In this document: piece by piece, positions 28,600-39,939 of the stretch | Layout of the letters: the number at the start of each line of letters is the position of its first letter | Position numbering within the stretch: the stretch's first letter is position 1 | NCBI GenBank assembly: GCA_965116415.1 | Contig: OZ220693.1 | Coordinates: 436,837-500,836, forward strand | Origin: Dehalococcoidia bacterium | GTDB taxonomy: Bacteria; Chloroflexota; Dehalococcoidia; Lucifugimonadales; UBA1123 | DNA length: 64,000 nucleotides | Direction: 5' to 3' | Program-made: the position numbers and the translations under genes | Notes under the pieces: generated by a model | Database searches by the model: none | Told to the model about the DNA's origin: nothing | The model's input: the letters and a program-made list of their open reading frames with translations, nothing else

Positions 28600-29295
28600 C
28601 TAGCGCCAGAGGGTAATCCGCTTGAAGGACTCTGCGAGTCCTCCTCCAATGGCCTTCCCGGTCTCGGCCGCGCGTTCCATGGACCGCTTCGATGCCACCT
28701 CTTTGGGTCGTGACATCTGGCTCACGTGGCAGTACAACGAGTCCATTTTCTTCTCAAACGTGTCCGTTATGTCTATGTATATGTCGGGATCCTCTGACCT
28801 GAAGAGCCACACTTCCCTCACGTTGAACGGCTCCAGGCCCTCATCTAGGAGGTCTGGGAATGCAAGGTGGTCCCGGGCGTATGGGAAGACCGCGTCAAGG
28901 GTCACCCTGCCCGTCATGTAGTGGTCGCGGTGCCGGATGTAGGGGCGGTTGGGATCGATGGTCACAACCAGGTCCGGCCGGTGCTTTCTAATCTGCCTGA
29001 CCAGGGCTTTCCTGAACTCGACGCAGTCTTCAAGGTTCTGGTCCGGGAAGCGCAGGAAGGCCACTTCCGCTATGTTCAGCAATTTTGCGGCGTCAAGCTG
29101 CTCCTTTTCCCGGGTCTTCGCGAGCGCCGCGGGTTCGATAGACCTGTCGCTCGTCCCTTTGTCGCCGTTGGTACAGACGACCAGCACGACTTTCTTGCCC
29201 TCGGAGGTCCACTTTGCAATGGTGCCCCCTGCCCCACCTTCTGCGTCGTCTGGATGAGGCGTCACTACGAGAATGGTTTCCTGGTTGTCGGACAT
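28600..29295 (-). CDS. PIG-L/LmbE family deacetylase
   Basis: PHPDDAE, TNGDKG, R..E..AA, HRDH; probable ATG at 29295. Confidence 0.92.
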   Translation of the reverse strand: MSDNQETILVVTPHPDDAEGGAGGTIAKWTSEGKKVVLVVCTNGDKGTSDRSIEPAALAKTREKEQLDAAKLLNIAEVAFLRFPDQNLEDCVEFRKALVRQIRKHRPDLVVTIDPNRPYIRHRDHYMTGRVTLDAVFPYARDHLAFPDLLDEGLEPFNVREVWLFRSEDPDIYIDITDTFEKKMDSLYCHVSQMSRPKEVASKRSMERAAETGKAIGGGLAESFKRITLWR

Positions 29296-29421
29296 TTTTT
29301 CTGCTAGACTCCTGCGCCGACGTGCGGCGTGTTGTATCCTGTCGATGGCTGGGAATGGTCCCAAACCATAGGCGGCGAGGCCACAATTAACCCTATTAGG
29401 CAACTCAGACTCTCAGACCCA

Positions 29422-31896
29422 ATGGCAGATATTACCACACCAGAACAGTTCCTGGGATTTGAGGTGGGAGCTGACCGATCACTTGCGGGCTGGCCGCAAA
29501 TCATCCAGTACCTCCAGGCTATCGAAGGTCAGACCGATCGTTTGAAGGTCACCGAACTCGGCCGGACAACCGAAGACAACCCCCTTCTGTTGTGTACGGT
29601 AAGCTCGTCCGAAAACCTCAGTCGATTGGAGGAATACCGTCAGTACCAACAGGCGCTGTCGGACCCGCGCTCGCTGGCCGATGGCGAGGCTTCCCACGCC
29701 ATTGAAGAAGCGCGTGCCGTGGTCACGATCACCTGCAGCATTCACGCGACCGAGGTAGGAGCTACGCAGATGTCGCTGGAGCTGGCGTACCTTCTGGCAT
29801 CCTCAGATGAACCACGGGTGCGGTCGATTCTGGACAATGTGATCCTGCTGCTGATCCCCAGCCTGAATCCGGATGGACTGATACGAGTCAAGGACTGGTA
29901 CGACGCCTCACTCGGAACACACTTCGAGGGCACGATCCCGCCGTACCTGTACCACAAGTACGCCGGTCACGATAACAACCGCGACTGGTTCATGTTCACA
30001 CAACGTGAGACCCAGTTGGTCGTGGACCATATTCACAACGCATGGCGACCCCATATAACATTTGACCTTCACCAGACGCGCTCGGACGGGATGCGCATGA
30101 TCCTTCCGCCGCTCGTAGATCCTGTGGGGCCGAATGTCGACCCGGTGCTGCAAAGCGAGCTCTCAGTGCTTGGCACGCACATGGCCGCGCAGATGACGGC
30201 AGAGGGCAAGGCCGGTGTTGCGGTCAACGTGGTCTACGACTCATACAGTCCCAGTCGTTCATACCCCCACTACCATGGTGGAGTACGAGTACTCTCAGAG
30301 GCCGCGAGCGTGCGGATTGCCACCCCAATCGAGCTTCCCCAATCCGCGCTGAGAGATGACAGGGGGGAGAAGCCGAGGGCCAAGTCGTGGAACCACCCGA
30401 TGCCCTGGAAAGGCGGGCGCTGGACGCTGCGCGACATCGTGGAATACGACCTGTCAGCGTCGATGGCCTGCCTGGACCACGCCGCCAGGAACAGGGAATG
30501 GTGGGTCAGAAACTCGTTTGAAGTCCTGAAGCGTGCCACTGAACACAATGGCAGGCCCTACGCATACGTCATCCCCGGCGCCCAGCACGACGGCAGCGCC
30601 GCCGATGAGTTGACCGACATTCTTCGTGCGGCAGACGTGGACGTCGTTGAATCCATCGAGAGTGCGGAGTGCGACGACCTGACCATCGAGCAGGGCGACC
30701 GGCTGGTCATGGTCCGACAGCCTTATGGCTCATTCGCCCAGACCATGCTGGAACGGCAGCGGTACCCGGATATGAGACAGTATCCCGGAGGTCCTCCCAA
30801 GCGACCCTATGATGCCACGGCGCACAGTCTGCCTCTCAAGATGGGGGTGACATGCCACGAGATACAACAGCCGGTTGAACTGAAGACGAAGCCGATCTCT
30901 CACTATTCAGACCTCTCCCGAAGAAACGGTCACTCGATAGACCCTGCTGTCCCCGCTTACGCAATAGGACCCGAGTCCAATGCAGCCTCCACGCTCGTTA
31001 ACCGGCTGCTGTTCAGTCAGCGTGCCGTGTTCAGGGCGATGTCCAACCTCGAGTGTGACGGCGTTACCTTGAGGCCTGGGACATGGGTCGTCCCCTCGTC
31101 TGAGGCCCTTCAGGAGGCCCTGGGGCGTTGCTCCAACAATATCGCCGTGCAAGCCCTCTGGCACAGACCGTCGGAGGGTCTGAGGCTGATCAGGCCACCG
31201 AGGATTGGACTGTACGCGAGCTACGTGCCCTGCATCGAAGAGGGTTGGACGCGATTTGTATTCGACGAGTACGGCTTTAGGTACACCTCACTTGTGGACC
31301 ACGATATCCGTGAAGAGCGGCTGGATACTCGCTTCGACTGCATAATCGTTCCTCACCAGCTTGTGCGCCAGCTGTACCGCGGGTTCAGCCGGGCTCACTA
31401 TTCGTCGAAGTTCGCAGGTGGACTGGGTGATCGGGGAGTAGCAGCGCTTCGGCAGTTTGCAGAGCGCGGTGGAACGATCATCGCGTGGGACGACTCATCG
31501 CGCTTCCTTTCACGGCGCCTGGAACTGCCAGTATCCAATCCGCTGGCAAGGCTGACGCACTCGGAGTTCTTTGCACCCGGAAGCCTGCTCAGCATAGAAG
31601 TCGATACAGACCACCCGCTCGGATTCGGAATGCCGGCCCGCGCAGCGGCCCTGTACATGAATGGGCCGGGCTATCGCGTCGAGAAGGGAGACGTGGTCGC
31701 CAGATTCTCGCCAGAGTCCACGCTATTGAGTGGATGGCTGATTGGCGAGAAGCGAATCGCAGGTCTTTCCGCGCTGGCTTCTATCCCTGTTGGTCTGGGC
31801 AAGGTGATACTGTTCGGGATCAGGCCGCACTTCAGGGCGCAGGCCAGAGGAACGTATAAACTGTTGTTCAATTCCATATATCACTCTGTGAGGTAG
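29422..31896 (+). CDS. M14 family zinc carboxypeptidase with C-terminal GATase-like domain
   Basis: IHATE, NPDG, DNNRDW, DLHQ, EGWTR; probable ATG at 29422. Confidence 0.88.
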   Translation: MADITTPEQFLGFEVGADRSLAGWPQIIQYLQAIEGQTDRLKVTELGRTTEDNPLLLCTVSSSENLSRLEEYRQYQQALSDPRSLADGEASHAIEEARAVVTITCSIHATEVGATQMSLELAYLLASSDEPRVRSILDNVILLLIPSLNPDGLIRVKDWYDASLGTHFEGTIPPYLYHKYAGHDNNRDWFMFTQRETQLVVDHIHNAWRPHITFDLHQTRSDGMRMILPPLVDPVGPNVDPVLQSELSVLGTHMAAQMTAEGKAGVAVNVVYDSYSPSRSYPHYHGGVRVLSEAASVRIATPIELPQSALRDDRGEKPRAKSWNHPMPWKGGRWTLRDIVEYDLSASMACLDHAARNREWWVRNSFEVLKRATEHNGRPYAYVIPGAQHDGSAADELTDILRAADVDVVESIESAECDDLTIEQGDRLVMVRQPYGSFAQTMLERQRYPDMRQYPGGPPKRPYDATAHSLPLKMGVTCHEIQQPVELKTKPISHYSDLSRRNGHSIDPAVPAYAIGPESNAASTLVNRLLFSQRAVFRAMSNLECDGVTLRPGTWVVPSSEALQEALGRCSNNIAVQALWHRPSEGLRLIRPPRIGLYASYVPCIEEGWTRFVFDEYGFRYTSLVDHDIREERLDTRFDCIIVPHQLVRQLYRGFSRAHYSSKFAGGLGDRGVAALRQFAERGGTIIAWDDSSRFLSRRLELPVSNPLARLTHSEFFAPGSLLSIEVDTDHPLGFGMPARAAALYMNGPGYRVEKGDVVARFSPESTLLSGWLIGEKRIAGLSALASIPVGLGKVILFGIRPHFRAQARGTYKLLFNSIYHSVR

Positions 31897-31899
31897 CTC

Positions 31900-33429
31900 G
31901 TGGCAGTAACACTGGTAAGAGGTCGCCATGTGGTCTGCCGGGTCACGGGTAGAAGCTCCGCCGAGATTGTGGACGACGGCGCAGTCGTTGTGGACAACGG
32001 GGCTGTCGCTGAAGTTGGGACTTTCGACGATCTTCACGGCAGGTACCCATCCGCGGAAGTGATCGGCTCGAATCGCCAGGTCGTCATTCCCGGACTGATC
32101 AACGCACATCACCATGTAGGGCTGACACCATTCCAGCTAGGCGTTCTCGACGAACCTCTTGAGAGGTGGATCATAGCCAGGTGGGCTATTCGCGATGTTG
32201 ATCCGTACCTCGATACCCTGTGGTGCGCCATCCAGATGATCGAGTCCGGCATAACCACTGTCCAGCACAACCACATGGCTGCCAGACTCCCTCCCGGAGT
32301 AGAGCTGTACGACGCCGCGTCCGAGATTGTGAACGCGTACGAAGACAGCGGCATGAGAGTCGCATTCTCGCTCTCGACTCGCGATCAGAACCACCTTGTG
32401 TACGAGGACGATTCACGGTTTCTGTCTACGCTGCCTTCAGAGCTCGCTGAGCGAGCGCGGGCGCAGATTGCGGCACGTCCAGTCGAGCTCGAAGAGTACC
32501 TGTCAGCGTGCGGTGAATTGCACGACCGACGACAGGGGCCCAGGACAAACATCTTCATAAGCCCTCACAACGTCCACTGGTGTTCGGACGAGATGCTAAC
32601 TGCGATCAGCGACTTCGCGCGGAGACATGAGACAGGACTCCACATACATCTCCACGAGACCATCTACCAGAGAATGTACGGCAGTCGCCACTGGAACGGG
32701 ACGCCGCTGGCCCACCTGGCCGAATTGGGGGTCCTTGGTCCAGAGGTGTCCTGCGCCCATGGCGTCTGGTTGTCAGAGGCGGACATCGACATACTTGCGG
32801 AGACGGGGACCGCTATCTGCACCAACCCCAGCTCCAACCTCAGGCTCAAGAGTGGGATTGCACCAATCAACCGTCTCCTGGAAAGTGGCGTGCTGGTCGC
32901 CCTCGGTATCGATGAAGCCGGCCTCAACGACGACAACGACATCCTCCAAGAGATGCGGATGGCTCAGAAGATCCACAGGGAACCGGGTGTCGACGCCCCC
33001 TACCCCACATCGCACGAGATCCTGGAACTCGCCACAGCAAACGGGGCCAGGGTGACCTACTTCGACCAAGTCGGCACGATTGAACCCGGCAAGCGCGCCG
33101 ACCTTGTCGTACTAAACCTCGACCGCATTGAAGACCCTTATCTTGACCCCGACACTGGCATCGTCGACGCGCTCGTTTACAGGGGCAAGGGACTCGACGT
33201 AGACACCGTAATGGTGGACGGAGAGGTCCTGCTGAAAGACGGCGAATTCCTGAAGGTGGACAAATCAGAAGTCAGGGCCAGACTGCAGGAGTCCCTGGCA
33301 AGAGAGCTGACCGACCGGGAGATTCGACGCGCTGAGTTGTCTCGAGACCTGCTGCCATACGTCAACAGGTGGTTCTCAGCCTGGGAGCTGGAAGAGGGGC
33401 CTCAGCACTACACGTACAATCTTCTCTAG
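31900..33429 (+). CDS. Amidohydrolase (Atz/Trz, cytosine/guanine deaminase-like)
   Basis: INAHHH, IHLHET, CAHGVW, SNLRLKSG, LGID. Confidence 0.87.
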   Translation: MAVTLVRGRHVVCRVTGRSSAEIVDDGAVVVDNGAVAEVGTFDDLHGRYPSAEVIGSNRQVVIPGLINAHHHVGLTPFQLGVLDEPLERWIIARWAIRDVDPYLDTLWCAIQMIESGITTVQHNHMAARLPPGVELYDAASEIVNAYEDSGMRVAFSLSTRDQNHLVYEDDSRFLSTLPSELAERARAQIAARPVELEEYLSACGELHDRRQGPRTNIFISPHNVHWCSDEMLTAISDFARRHETGLHIHLHETIYQRMYGSRHWNGTPLAHLAELGVLGPEVSCAHGVWLSEADIDILAETGTAICTNPSSNLRLKSGIAPINRLLESGVLVALGIDEAGLNDDNDILQEMRMAQKIHREPGVDAPYPTSHEILELATANGARVTYFDQVGTIEPGKRADLVVLNLDRIEDPYLDPDTGIVDALVYRGKGLDVDTVMVDGEVLLKDGEFLKVDKSEVRARLQESLARELTDREIRRAELSRDLLPYVNRWFSAWELEEGPQHYTYNLL

Positions 33430-34679
33430 GCAGCCGACTCCTCGGGCGCCCTGACGGTTCTAAACATCACGTACAGCGCGCCGTTGTAGCCTAGCTTGAT
33501 GACGCTGCCGACAATTATCGGGATTCCGAGGGCCGTCGTTCCGGCGACAAAACCGGCAATCGCAGGTGTTATGGCCTGAGCGAGGGTTCTGCCCAGGTTT
33601 GTCATCCCGGCCGTTGCCGTTCTGGCCTCCGGTGGGACTATCGCCATTGAGTAGGACTGACGCGTCGGGATGTCCATGTCATTGATCAGCTCGCGCGCCA
33701 TGAAGAACACGACTGCCAGCAGTGGGTTTCCTGTGAGCGCGAGGAATATCATCATCGTGTTGGCAAGTCCCTGTGACGCCGCCATGGTCAGTATCAGACC
33801 TATTCGTTCGGCAGTTGGCGCGGCCAGGAGGATCGATACGGAGTTGAGCAGCTGACCTATGAAGAATATAGCCGCAATCGTCTCTGCCCCCATGTCGAAC
33901 CTATTTGCAAAGAAGTAGGACATGAAGCTGTAGACCATGAATCCACCGCCCAGTGAATCAAGGGTGAACAGGAGTGACAGCTGGATCATGATCGTCCTGG
34001 AAGTTCTCGACATGCCCTGCCGCTGTTCGGAGCTATCAGCCGTGATCCGTGGGGGCTCCGCCTGGGGGCTCAGCATCCAGTAGACTGCGAGGCCGCAGAA
34101 TGCTGAGACCGCGTACACGAAGAACATCAGCTTGTATGAAGCAACTTCGTCAATCCCGAGCATGAACTGAAGCCCTGCCGGTATCGCGATCATCAGCGAT
34201 CCCGCCGCCTTGGTGAGTCTTCCTGCCAGGTTGTACATGCTGAAGACGAGTGTGCGCTGATCGGGTCTGCCGGACTGCGCCAGGATCGCCATGTCGATTG
34301 ATAGGAACGCCGTCCGGTCTCCGCCACTGGAGGTCGTCATTGCAATGAGCGAGATCGCTATCAACAGGGCGGTCTGCTCGGTGAGGGGGAAGAGCACGCC
34401 GCCAATGCCCATCAGCGCGGCCATGACGATCAACATGCGCCGCCTGCCGATGGCGTCTCCACGCCAACTGGCTACTACGTTGGAGAGAGTGCCGCCGGCC
34501 ATGATTGCGCTGAAGACAAGGCCCGCCTGGACAGGAGTGAACTCCAGCAGGTCGAGGTAGACGCCGAGAAAAACGCTGAGGAAACCGTAGCCAAGCGAAC
34601 GCACCGAAGCAGCGGCAATAACTACTTTGCCGTCGCGATCAACGGAGGGGAAGGCCGAACGCAGGTATTTGGTTAGCAC
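33426..34679 (-). CDS. MFS transporter
   Basis: About 12 hydrophobic segments, GDAIGRRR motif A. Confidence 0.88.
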   Translation of the reverse strand: MLTKYLRSAFPSVDRDGKVVIAAASVRSLGYGFLSVFLGVYLDLLEFTPVQAGLVFSAIMAGGTLSNVVASWRGDAIGRRRMLIVMAALMGIGGVLFPLTEQTALLIAISLIAMTTSSGGDRTAFLSIDMAILAQSGRPDQRTLVFSMYNLAGRLTKAAGSLMIAIPAGLQFMLGIDEVASYKLMFFVYAVSAFCGLAVYWMLSPQAEPPRITADSSEQRQGMSRTSRTIMIQLSLLFTLDSLGGGFMVYSFMSYFFANRFDMGAETIAAIFFIGQLLNSVSILLAAPTAERIGLILTMAASQGLANTMMIFLALTGNPLLAVVFFMARELINDMDIPTRQSYSMAIVPPEARTATAGMTNLGRTLAQAITPAIAGFVAGTTALGIPIIVGSVIKLGYNGALYVMFRTVRAPEESAA

Positions 34680-34699
34680 ATCAGGTCTGGGTGGCTCGC

Positions 34700-37375
34700 C
34701 TATCCAGACAGGCGATCAAGGATCTCAACCAGACGCTCCATTCGCGCCTCCGTACTGGACAACCTGTCGCGCTCCCTCTCGACGACCTCTTCGGGAGCGC
34801 GATTGACGAAGTTCTCGTTCTGCAGGTTCTTCGACACCCTGGCCTGGTACTTACGGAGGTCCTCTAGCTCAGTTCTGAGGCGTTCCGTCTCTTCCTCAAG
34901 GTCCACTAGACCTTCGAGGGAGACCGCGAGTGTACCGGCGTTGAGCACCTGCACGGCCTGGTCCGCAGAAGCCTGATGAGCAGACTCCAAGGGAGCGACT
35001 TCAAGCTCAATCCTCGCCTGCGACCTGATGAACCCCATTGCGTCATCGAAGACCGCAGAGATCCCATTGGCGACCGCGAGTTGCGCTGTGAGCTGCTGGT
35101 TGTTCTCTATCCTGAACTCGGCCCTGAGATTGCGGGCTGCCCTGACGATCTCGATGACCGACTCGACTTCACTCTCGGCTTCGACATCATACCGGGATGA
35201 ATCAGCCTGCGGGTACGGAGCAACCATGGCCGCCTCGGGCGGGTCTTCTACTCCTGGCAGCACAGCCGTAAGCCTGCTCCAGATCTCCTCAGTGGCAAAC
35301 GGAAGGAACGGATGCAGCAGTCTGAGAGTTCGTTCGAGCACGTGTGCCAACACAGGCAACGGCGATGGCCCACTGCCTGCCCTCAGCCTAATCTTGGACA
35401 TCTCGATGTACCAGTCGCAGTACTCGTTCCAGAGGAAGTCATGAATGGTACGCTGCGCCTCACCGAACTGGTAGGCCTTCATGTGCGAGTCGACCTGATC
35501 GGCAATCCGATTCAGCCTGCTGACGATCCACCGGTCTTCTCGATGTTCGAGATTTCCAAGCTCGTACCACTCTTCCAGACCTGCCGCATCTTCCAAGTTC
35601 GCAATCACGTAACGTGCCGCGTTCCACAGCTTGTTCACAAAATTTCGGCTGGCTTCCAGCTTCTGCTCGTTCATCCGCATGTCATTGCCGGCCGACGTGC
35701 CGGTTGTGAGTGCGAACCTGACTGCGTCCGCGCCGTAGATGTCCACAAGCTCGAGGGGATCGACCACGTTCCCCTTGGTCTTGCTCATCTTCACGCCCTC
35801 GGGGTCTCTCACGAGGCCGTGAAGATAGACCGTGTGGAACGGCGACTTGCCCGTGTTCTCGATCGCCATGAAGATCATCCTGGCGACCCAGAAGAACAGG
35901 ATGTCGTGCCCGGTCTCCATGACAGATGTCGGGTAGAAGTAGTCGAAGTCGTCCGTGTCGCCAGGCCATCCAAGCGTTGAATGGGTCCACAGCCCGGAGC
36001 TGAACCAGGTGTCGAGCACGTCCGGGTCCCGCTCCAACTGGGTGCTACCGCACTCAGGGCAGCTCGTTGGGTCCTCCATCTCCACAATCTGGCACCCCTT
36101 CTCGCAGTACCAGACAGGTATGCGGTGACCCCACCAGAGTTGTCGACTAATGGGCCAGTCCCGGATGTTGTCCATCCAGTTGAGATACACCTTTGTGAAG
36201 CGCTCTGGAACGATGCTGATCTCGCCGTCCGCAACTGCCGCCCGTGCAGGGGCTGCAAGCGGGGCCATCTTGACATACCACTGGTCGGTAACTATGGGTT
36301 CGACTACCTCGTCGCAGCGGTCACAGTGACCCACGGCGTGGCTGAAGTCTTCGATGCCCTCGAGGATGCCTTCTTCTTCCAGACGCGCGACGACACCAGC
36401 GCGAGCCTCGTCGACGCTCTGGCCTGCGAACGGTCCGGCGTTCTCATTGAGTGTCCCGTCCAAGTTCAGGATGCTGACGGTATCGAGGTTGTGCCGTTCA
36501 CCTATCTCGTAGTCGGTTGGATCGTGGCCAGGCGTAACCTTAAGCGCTCCGGTACCAAACCCCAACTCCACTGCCTCGTCAGCGACGACTGGTATCAGGC
36601 GGTCCATGATTGGCAATTTCACATTCTTGCCGACGAAGCCTGAGTACCGCTCATCATCGGGATTGACTGCGACCGCGGTATCGCCGAGCATCGTCTCAGG
36701 CCTGGTTGTCGCAATTGTCAGTTGGCCGGAGCCATCCTCCAGCGGGTAGCGAATGTGGTACAGTCCTGACTTCTCGTCCTGGTGTTTGACCTCGAGATCG
36801 GACAGGGCCGTCCGGCACCTCGGACACCAGTTTGTGATCCGAGTGCCCTTGTAGATGAGACCCTCTTTGTAGAGGTTGACGAAGGTGGTCCTGACAGCCA
36901 GCGCAGGGCCGGGATCCAGTGTGAAGGCCTTGCGGCTCCAGTCGCAGGAGGCTCCCAACCTTTCCGTCTGGCGGTAGATGCGGTCGCCGTAATCGTCCAC
37001 CCACGACCACACGCGCTCGATGAACCTATCCCGGCCAAGGTCGTGCCGGCTCAGGCCATCTGATGCAAGCTGGCGCTCCACGACCACCTGCGTCGCAATG
37101 CCGGCGTGGTCGGAACCGGGAAGGTACAGGGACGGCTCGCCAAGCATCCTGTGCCACCTGACCATCAGGTCTTCGACGGCGATAGTCAGGGCGTGTCCCA
37201 TGTGCAGCTCACCGGTTACGTTGGGCGGCGGCATGATGACTACGAACGGCTCCTTCGAGTGATCAATCTCCGGCCTGAAGAACCCGCTATCGTTCCAGAA
37301 CTTGTAGATCGGACCTTCAACTGAGCCCGGATCATAAGCCCTTGGCATCTCACCTGTGGAAGCCGCCCTCGCCAT
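34700..37375 (-). CDS. valS: Valine--tRNA ligase
   Basis: PPPNVTGELHMGH, ISRQLWWGHRIP, KMSKTKGN, C-terminal coiled coil; ATG at 37375 after a GAGG-rich RBS. Confidence 0.97.
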   Translation of the reverse strand: MARAASTGEMPRAYDPGSVEGPIYKFWNDSGFFRPEIDHSKEPFVVIMPPPNVTGELHMGHALTIAVEDLMVRWHRMLGEPSLYLPGSDHAGIATQVVVERQLASDGLSRHDLGRDRFIERVWSWVDDYGDRIYRQTERLGASCDWSRKAFTLDPGPALAVRTTFVNLYKEGLIYKGTRITNWCPRCRTALSDLEVKHQDEKSGLYHIRYPLEDGSGQLTIATTRPETMLGDTAVAVNPDDERYSGFVGKNVKLPIMDRLIPVVADEAVELGFGTGALKVTPGHDPTDYEIGERHNLDTVSILNLDGTLNENAGPFAGQSVDEARAGVVARLEEEGILEGIEDFSHAVGHCDRCDEVVEPIVTDQWYVKMAPLAAPARAAVADGEISIVPERFTKVYLNWMDNIRDWPISRQLWWGHRIPVWYCEKGCQIVEMEDPTSCPECGSTQLERDPDVLDTWFSSGLWTHSTLGWPGDTDDFDYFYPTSVMETGHDILFFWVARMIFMAIENTGKSPFHTVYLHGLVRDPEGVKMSKTKGNVVDPLELVDIYGADAVRFALTTGTSAGNDMRMNEQKLEASRNFVNKLWNAARYVIANLEDAAGLEEWYELGNLEHREDRWIVSRLNRIADQVDSHMKAYQFGEAQRTIHDFLWNEYCDWYIEMSKIRLRAGSGPSPLPVLAHVLERTLRLLHPFLPFATEEIWSRLTAVLPGVEDPPEAAMVAPYPQADSSRYDVEAESEVESVIEIVRAARNLRAEFRIENNQQLTAQLAVANGISAVFDDAMGFIRSQARIELEVAPLESAHQASADQAVQVLNAGTLAVSLEGLVDLEEETERLRTELEDLRKYQARVSKNLQNENFVNRAPEEVVERERDRLSSTEARMERLVEILDRLSG

Positions 37376-37477
37376 ACCTCTTCTCCTCCTGCTTTCAAGT
37401 AGATGGCTAATTCTAGGTTTGGCCAAATTTCGGCGTCAAACCGCAGCCTTACCCATGCGACGCATACAGCGTGTTGG

Positions 37478-38572
37478 CTAGACGCGCCCCGCGAGCACCG
37501 TTCCCATGCGCTCTGTGCTGACGACGTCGCCTCCGTCAGCAGCAATATCTGCCGTGCGGTAGCCCTCGGCAAGCACGCCTTCGACGGCCGACTCAACCGC
37601 GCTTGCCTCTTCATCGAGTCCAAACGAGAGTCTGAGCATCATCGCCATGCTGAGCACCATTCCGATCGGGTTTGCTATGCCCTGGCCCGCAATGTCCGGC
37701 GCGGAGCCGTGGATCGGCTCGTAGAGGCTCACCGAGTCCGTGGAAGACCCTGGCATACCGGCCAGTGATGCCGACGGCTGCATACCCATCGAACCGGAAA
37801 GCACCGCTGCCTCGTCGGTGAGAATGTCACCAAACATGTTCTCTGCGACGATCACGTCGTAGTGGGCTGGATTCCTAATGAGGGCCATCGCGGCCGCGTC
37901 CACCAGGACGTGCTCGAGTTCAACGTCGGGGTAGTCCTCGTGTACCTCTTCCGTCACCTGTCGCCAGAGACGGGATGACTCAAGGACGTTTGCCTTGTCC
38001 ACGCTCGTCAGGTGGCCGCTTCGAGACTTGGCCAGCTCGAATGCGACCCTCACGATGCGCTCGATCTCGTGCTCGGTGTAGCGCAGCGTGTCCACGCCTC
38101 GTCGCCCGGTCTTGGTCGTCCACCGGCGCTTGGGCTTTGCGAAGTACAGGCCGCCGGTCAGCTCCCGGAGCACGATCATGTCGACGCCCTCAAGCAACGA
38201 CGGCTTGATGGGGCTCGAGTTGATGAGCGCGGGGTAGACCTTCACAGGTCGAAGGTTGGCGAACAGACCGAGGCTCTTTCTGATGGCAAGAATGCCGTCT
38301 TCAGGCCTTACCGTGTTCTGAGGGTCGTCCCACTTGGGCCCGCCGACAGCGCCAAACAGGATGGCATCTGACCCCTGGCACAGTTCTACCGTTTCGTCAG
38401 GGAGAGGAGTGCCAAAGTCGTCTATAGCGTTGCCGCCTACTCTTCCCTGCTCAGTGTTGAACGAGTGCCCAAACCGACGGCCCACGGCATCCATCACTTT
38501 GACGGCCTCGACGGTTACCTCAGGACCTATGCCATCTCCGGGCAGAACCGCAACGTTGAATTCCATTCTCAT
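37478..38572 (-). CDS. leuB: 3-isopropylmalate dehydrogenase
   Basis: [54 protein letters not shown]. Confidence 0.96.
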   Translation of the reverse strand: MRMEFNVAVLPGDGIGPEVTVEAVKVMDAVGRRFGHSFNTEQGRVGGNAIDDFGTPLPDETVELCQGSDAILFGAVGGPKWDDPQNTVRPEDGILAIRKSLGLFANLRPVKVYPALINSSPIKPSLLEGVDMIVLRELTGGLYFAKPKRRWTTKTGRRGVDTLRYTEHEIERIVRVAFELAKSRSGHLTSVDKANVLESSRLWRQVTEEVHEDYPDVELEHVLVDAAAMALIRNPAHYDVIVAENMFGDILTDEAAVLSGSMGMQPSASLAGMPGSSTDSVSLYEPIHGSAPDIAGQGIANPIGMVLSMAMMLRLSFGLDEEASAVESAVEGVLAEGYRTADIAADGGDVVSTERMGTVLAGRV

Positions 38573-38698
38573 CTCCTACTTGAAGGTCGGCCGCAATGCA
38601 CGTCTTTGGATTCCTGGCTCTGAACCGAGGACAGCCTTCATTGTGTACGCGGTGCGGCGGGGGTATTATAGGCGAAATCTCTCAGGAGGCGGAATCCG

Positions 38699-39874
38699 AT
38701 GGCAGTGACGGCCAGCGCAGTGGTCATAGGCGGCGGTGTCATGGGAGCGAGCATACTGTTCAACCTTGCGAAGCGAGGCGTGGATGGCCCCATCCTTCTT
38801 GAACGCGACACTCTCGGTTCAGGCTCCACAGGTCGTTCCTCCGGGGCGATTCGAATGCACTACTCAACCGAGGTCAATGCGCGCCTCGCGTGGGAGAGCC
38901 TTCAGGTGTTCCAGAACTGGGCCGATGAGGTCGGCGGAGACGGCGACCCGGGGTTCGTCAGGACCGGGTACATGGTCATTGCCCCTGACCGCGAGGTCGA
39001 CGGCTTCCATCACAACATCAAGATGCAGCAACAGGTCGGAATCGATACGAGAATCGTTGGCTGGCAGGAGGCTAAAGAACTGGCGCCGGACTTCCACCTG
39101 GGCGAAGACGAGCACTTCGCCTGGGAAGACCAGTCAGGTCACGGCGACCCGTCCGGCACTGGGCTGGCGTTTACGATGCGAGCCCGAGAACTGGGGGCCA
39201 GGGTCGTTCTGGAATCGCCAGCCACGTCAGTAGAGGTTGAAAACGGACGCGTGGTCGGAGTTCGTACAGGGACCGAGCTGTATTCGACTGACACGGCAGT
39301 GATTGCCACTGGGCCGTGGTCTTCGAGGTTCCTCAACCACCTCGACATAGACCTTCCCCTCCTCGCAACGAGGCACGAGGTGATCCTCATCAGAAGGTCT
39401 GAGACCGGTGTGGGGCATCATCCGGGCGGCGGGGACATGGCGAACCTGATCTACTTCAGGCCAGAGGCAGACAACCTCACACTTGTCGGCAACGGAAACC
39501 GGGAAGAAGAGGCAGACCCCGATACCTACAACCAGAGGGCGAGCACCGACTATGTCCAGGACGTCTGGAGTCGCCTGGCACTGCGCATTCCCGGCATCGC
39601 AGACGGCCAGCTAGCCCATGGCTACGCGGGACTCTACACTACTACTCCCGACCTGCACCCCGTGATGGACCGCGTCGACGGCATCGAGGGCCTGTACATC
39701 TGCACAGGCTTCAGCGGGCACGGATTCAAGCTCGCGCCAGCCGTAGGCGTGTGCATGTCGGAGCTGATCCTCGAAGGTGAGTCGCGGCTGGTGGACATAT
39801 CAACGCTCAGGATGGGCCGCTTTTCGGACGGCTCACTCAACACCACCCAGTACGACTTCAAGGTCATCGCATAG
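38699..39874 (+). CDS. FAD-dependent oxidoreductase (DAO / sarcosine oxidase beta-like)
   Basis: IGGGVMG, GSTGRSSG, TPD.HP, GFSGHGFK. Confidence 0.88.
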   Translation: MAVTASAVVIGGGVMGASILFNLAKRGVDGPILLERDTLGSGSTGRSSGAIRMHYSTEVNARLAWESLQVFQNWADEVGGDGDPGFVRTGYMVIAPDREVDGFHHNIKMQQQVGIDTRIVGWQEAKELAPDFHLGEDEHFAWEDQSGHGDPSGTGLAFTMRARELGARVVLESPATSVEVENGRVVGVRTGTELYSTDTAVIATGPWSSRFLNHLDIDLPLLATRHEVILIRRSETGVGHHPGGGDMANLIYFRPEADNLTLVGNGNREEEADPDTYNQRASTDYVQDVWSRLALRIPGIADGQLAHGYAGLYTTTPDLHPVMDRVDGIEGLYICTGFSGHGFKLAPAVGVCMSELILEGESRLVDISTLRMGRFSDGSLNTTQYDFKVIA

Positions 39875-39883
39875 AGGAAGTCA

Positions 39884-39909
39884 TGCCGCCTTCCTGGTGG
39901 CAGGCGGCA
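39884..39909. terminator. Hairpin between convergent oxidoreductase and leuS genes
   Basis: TGCCGCCT...AGGCGGCA inverted repeat. Confidence 0.5.
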
Positions 39910-39939
39910 CGCGAAAGTTCCGATTCGGCGGGTGCCGAT

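Noticed and set aside
37376-37477. T-box upstream of valS
   Set aside because: The gap after leuB is too short and has no GGTGG.ACC motif
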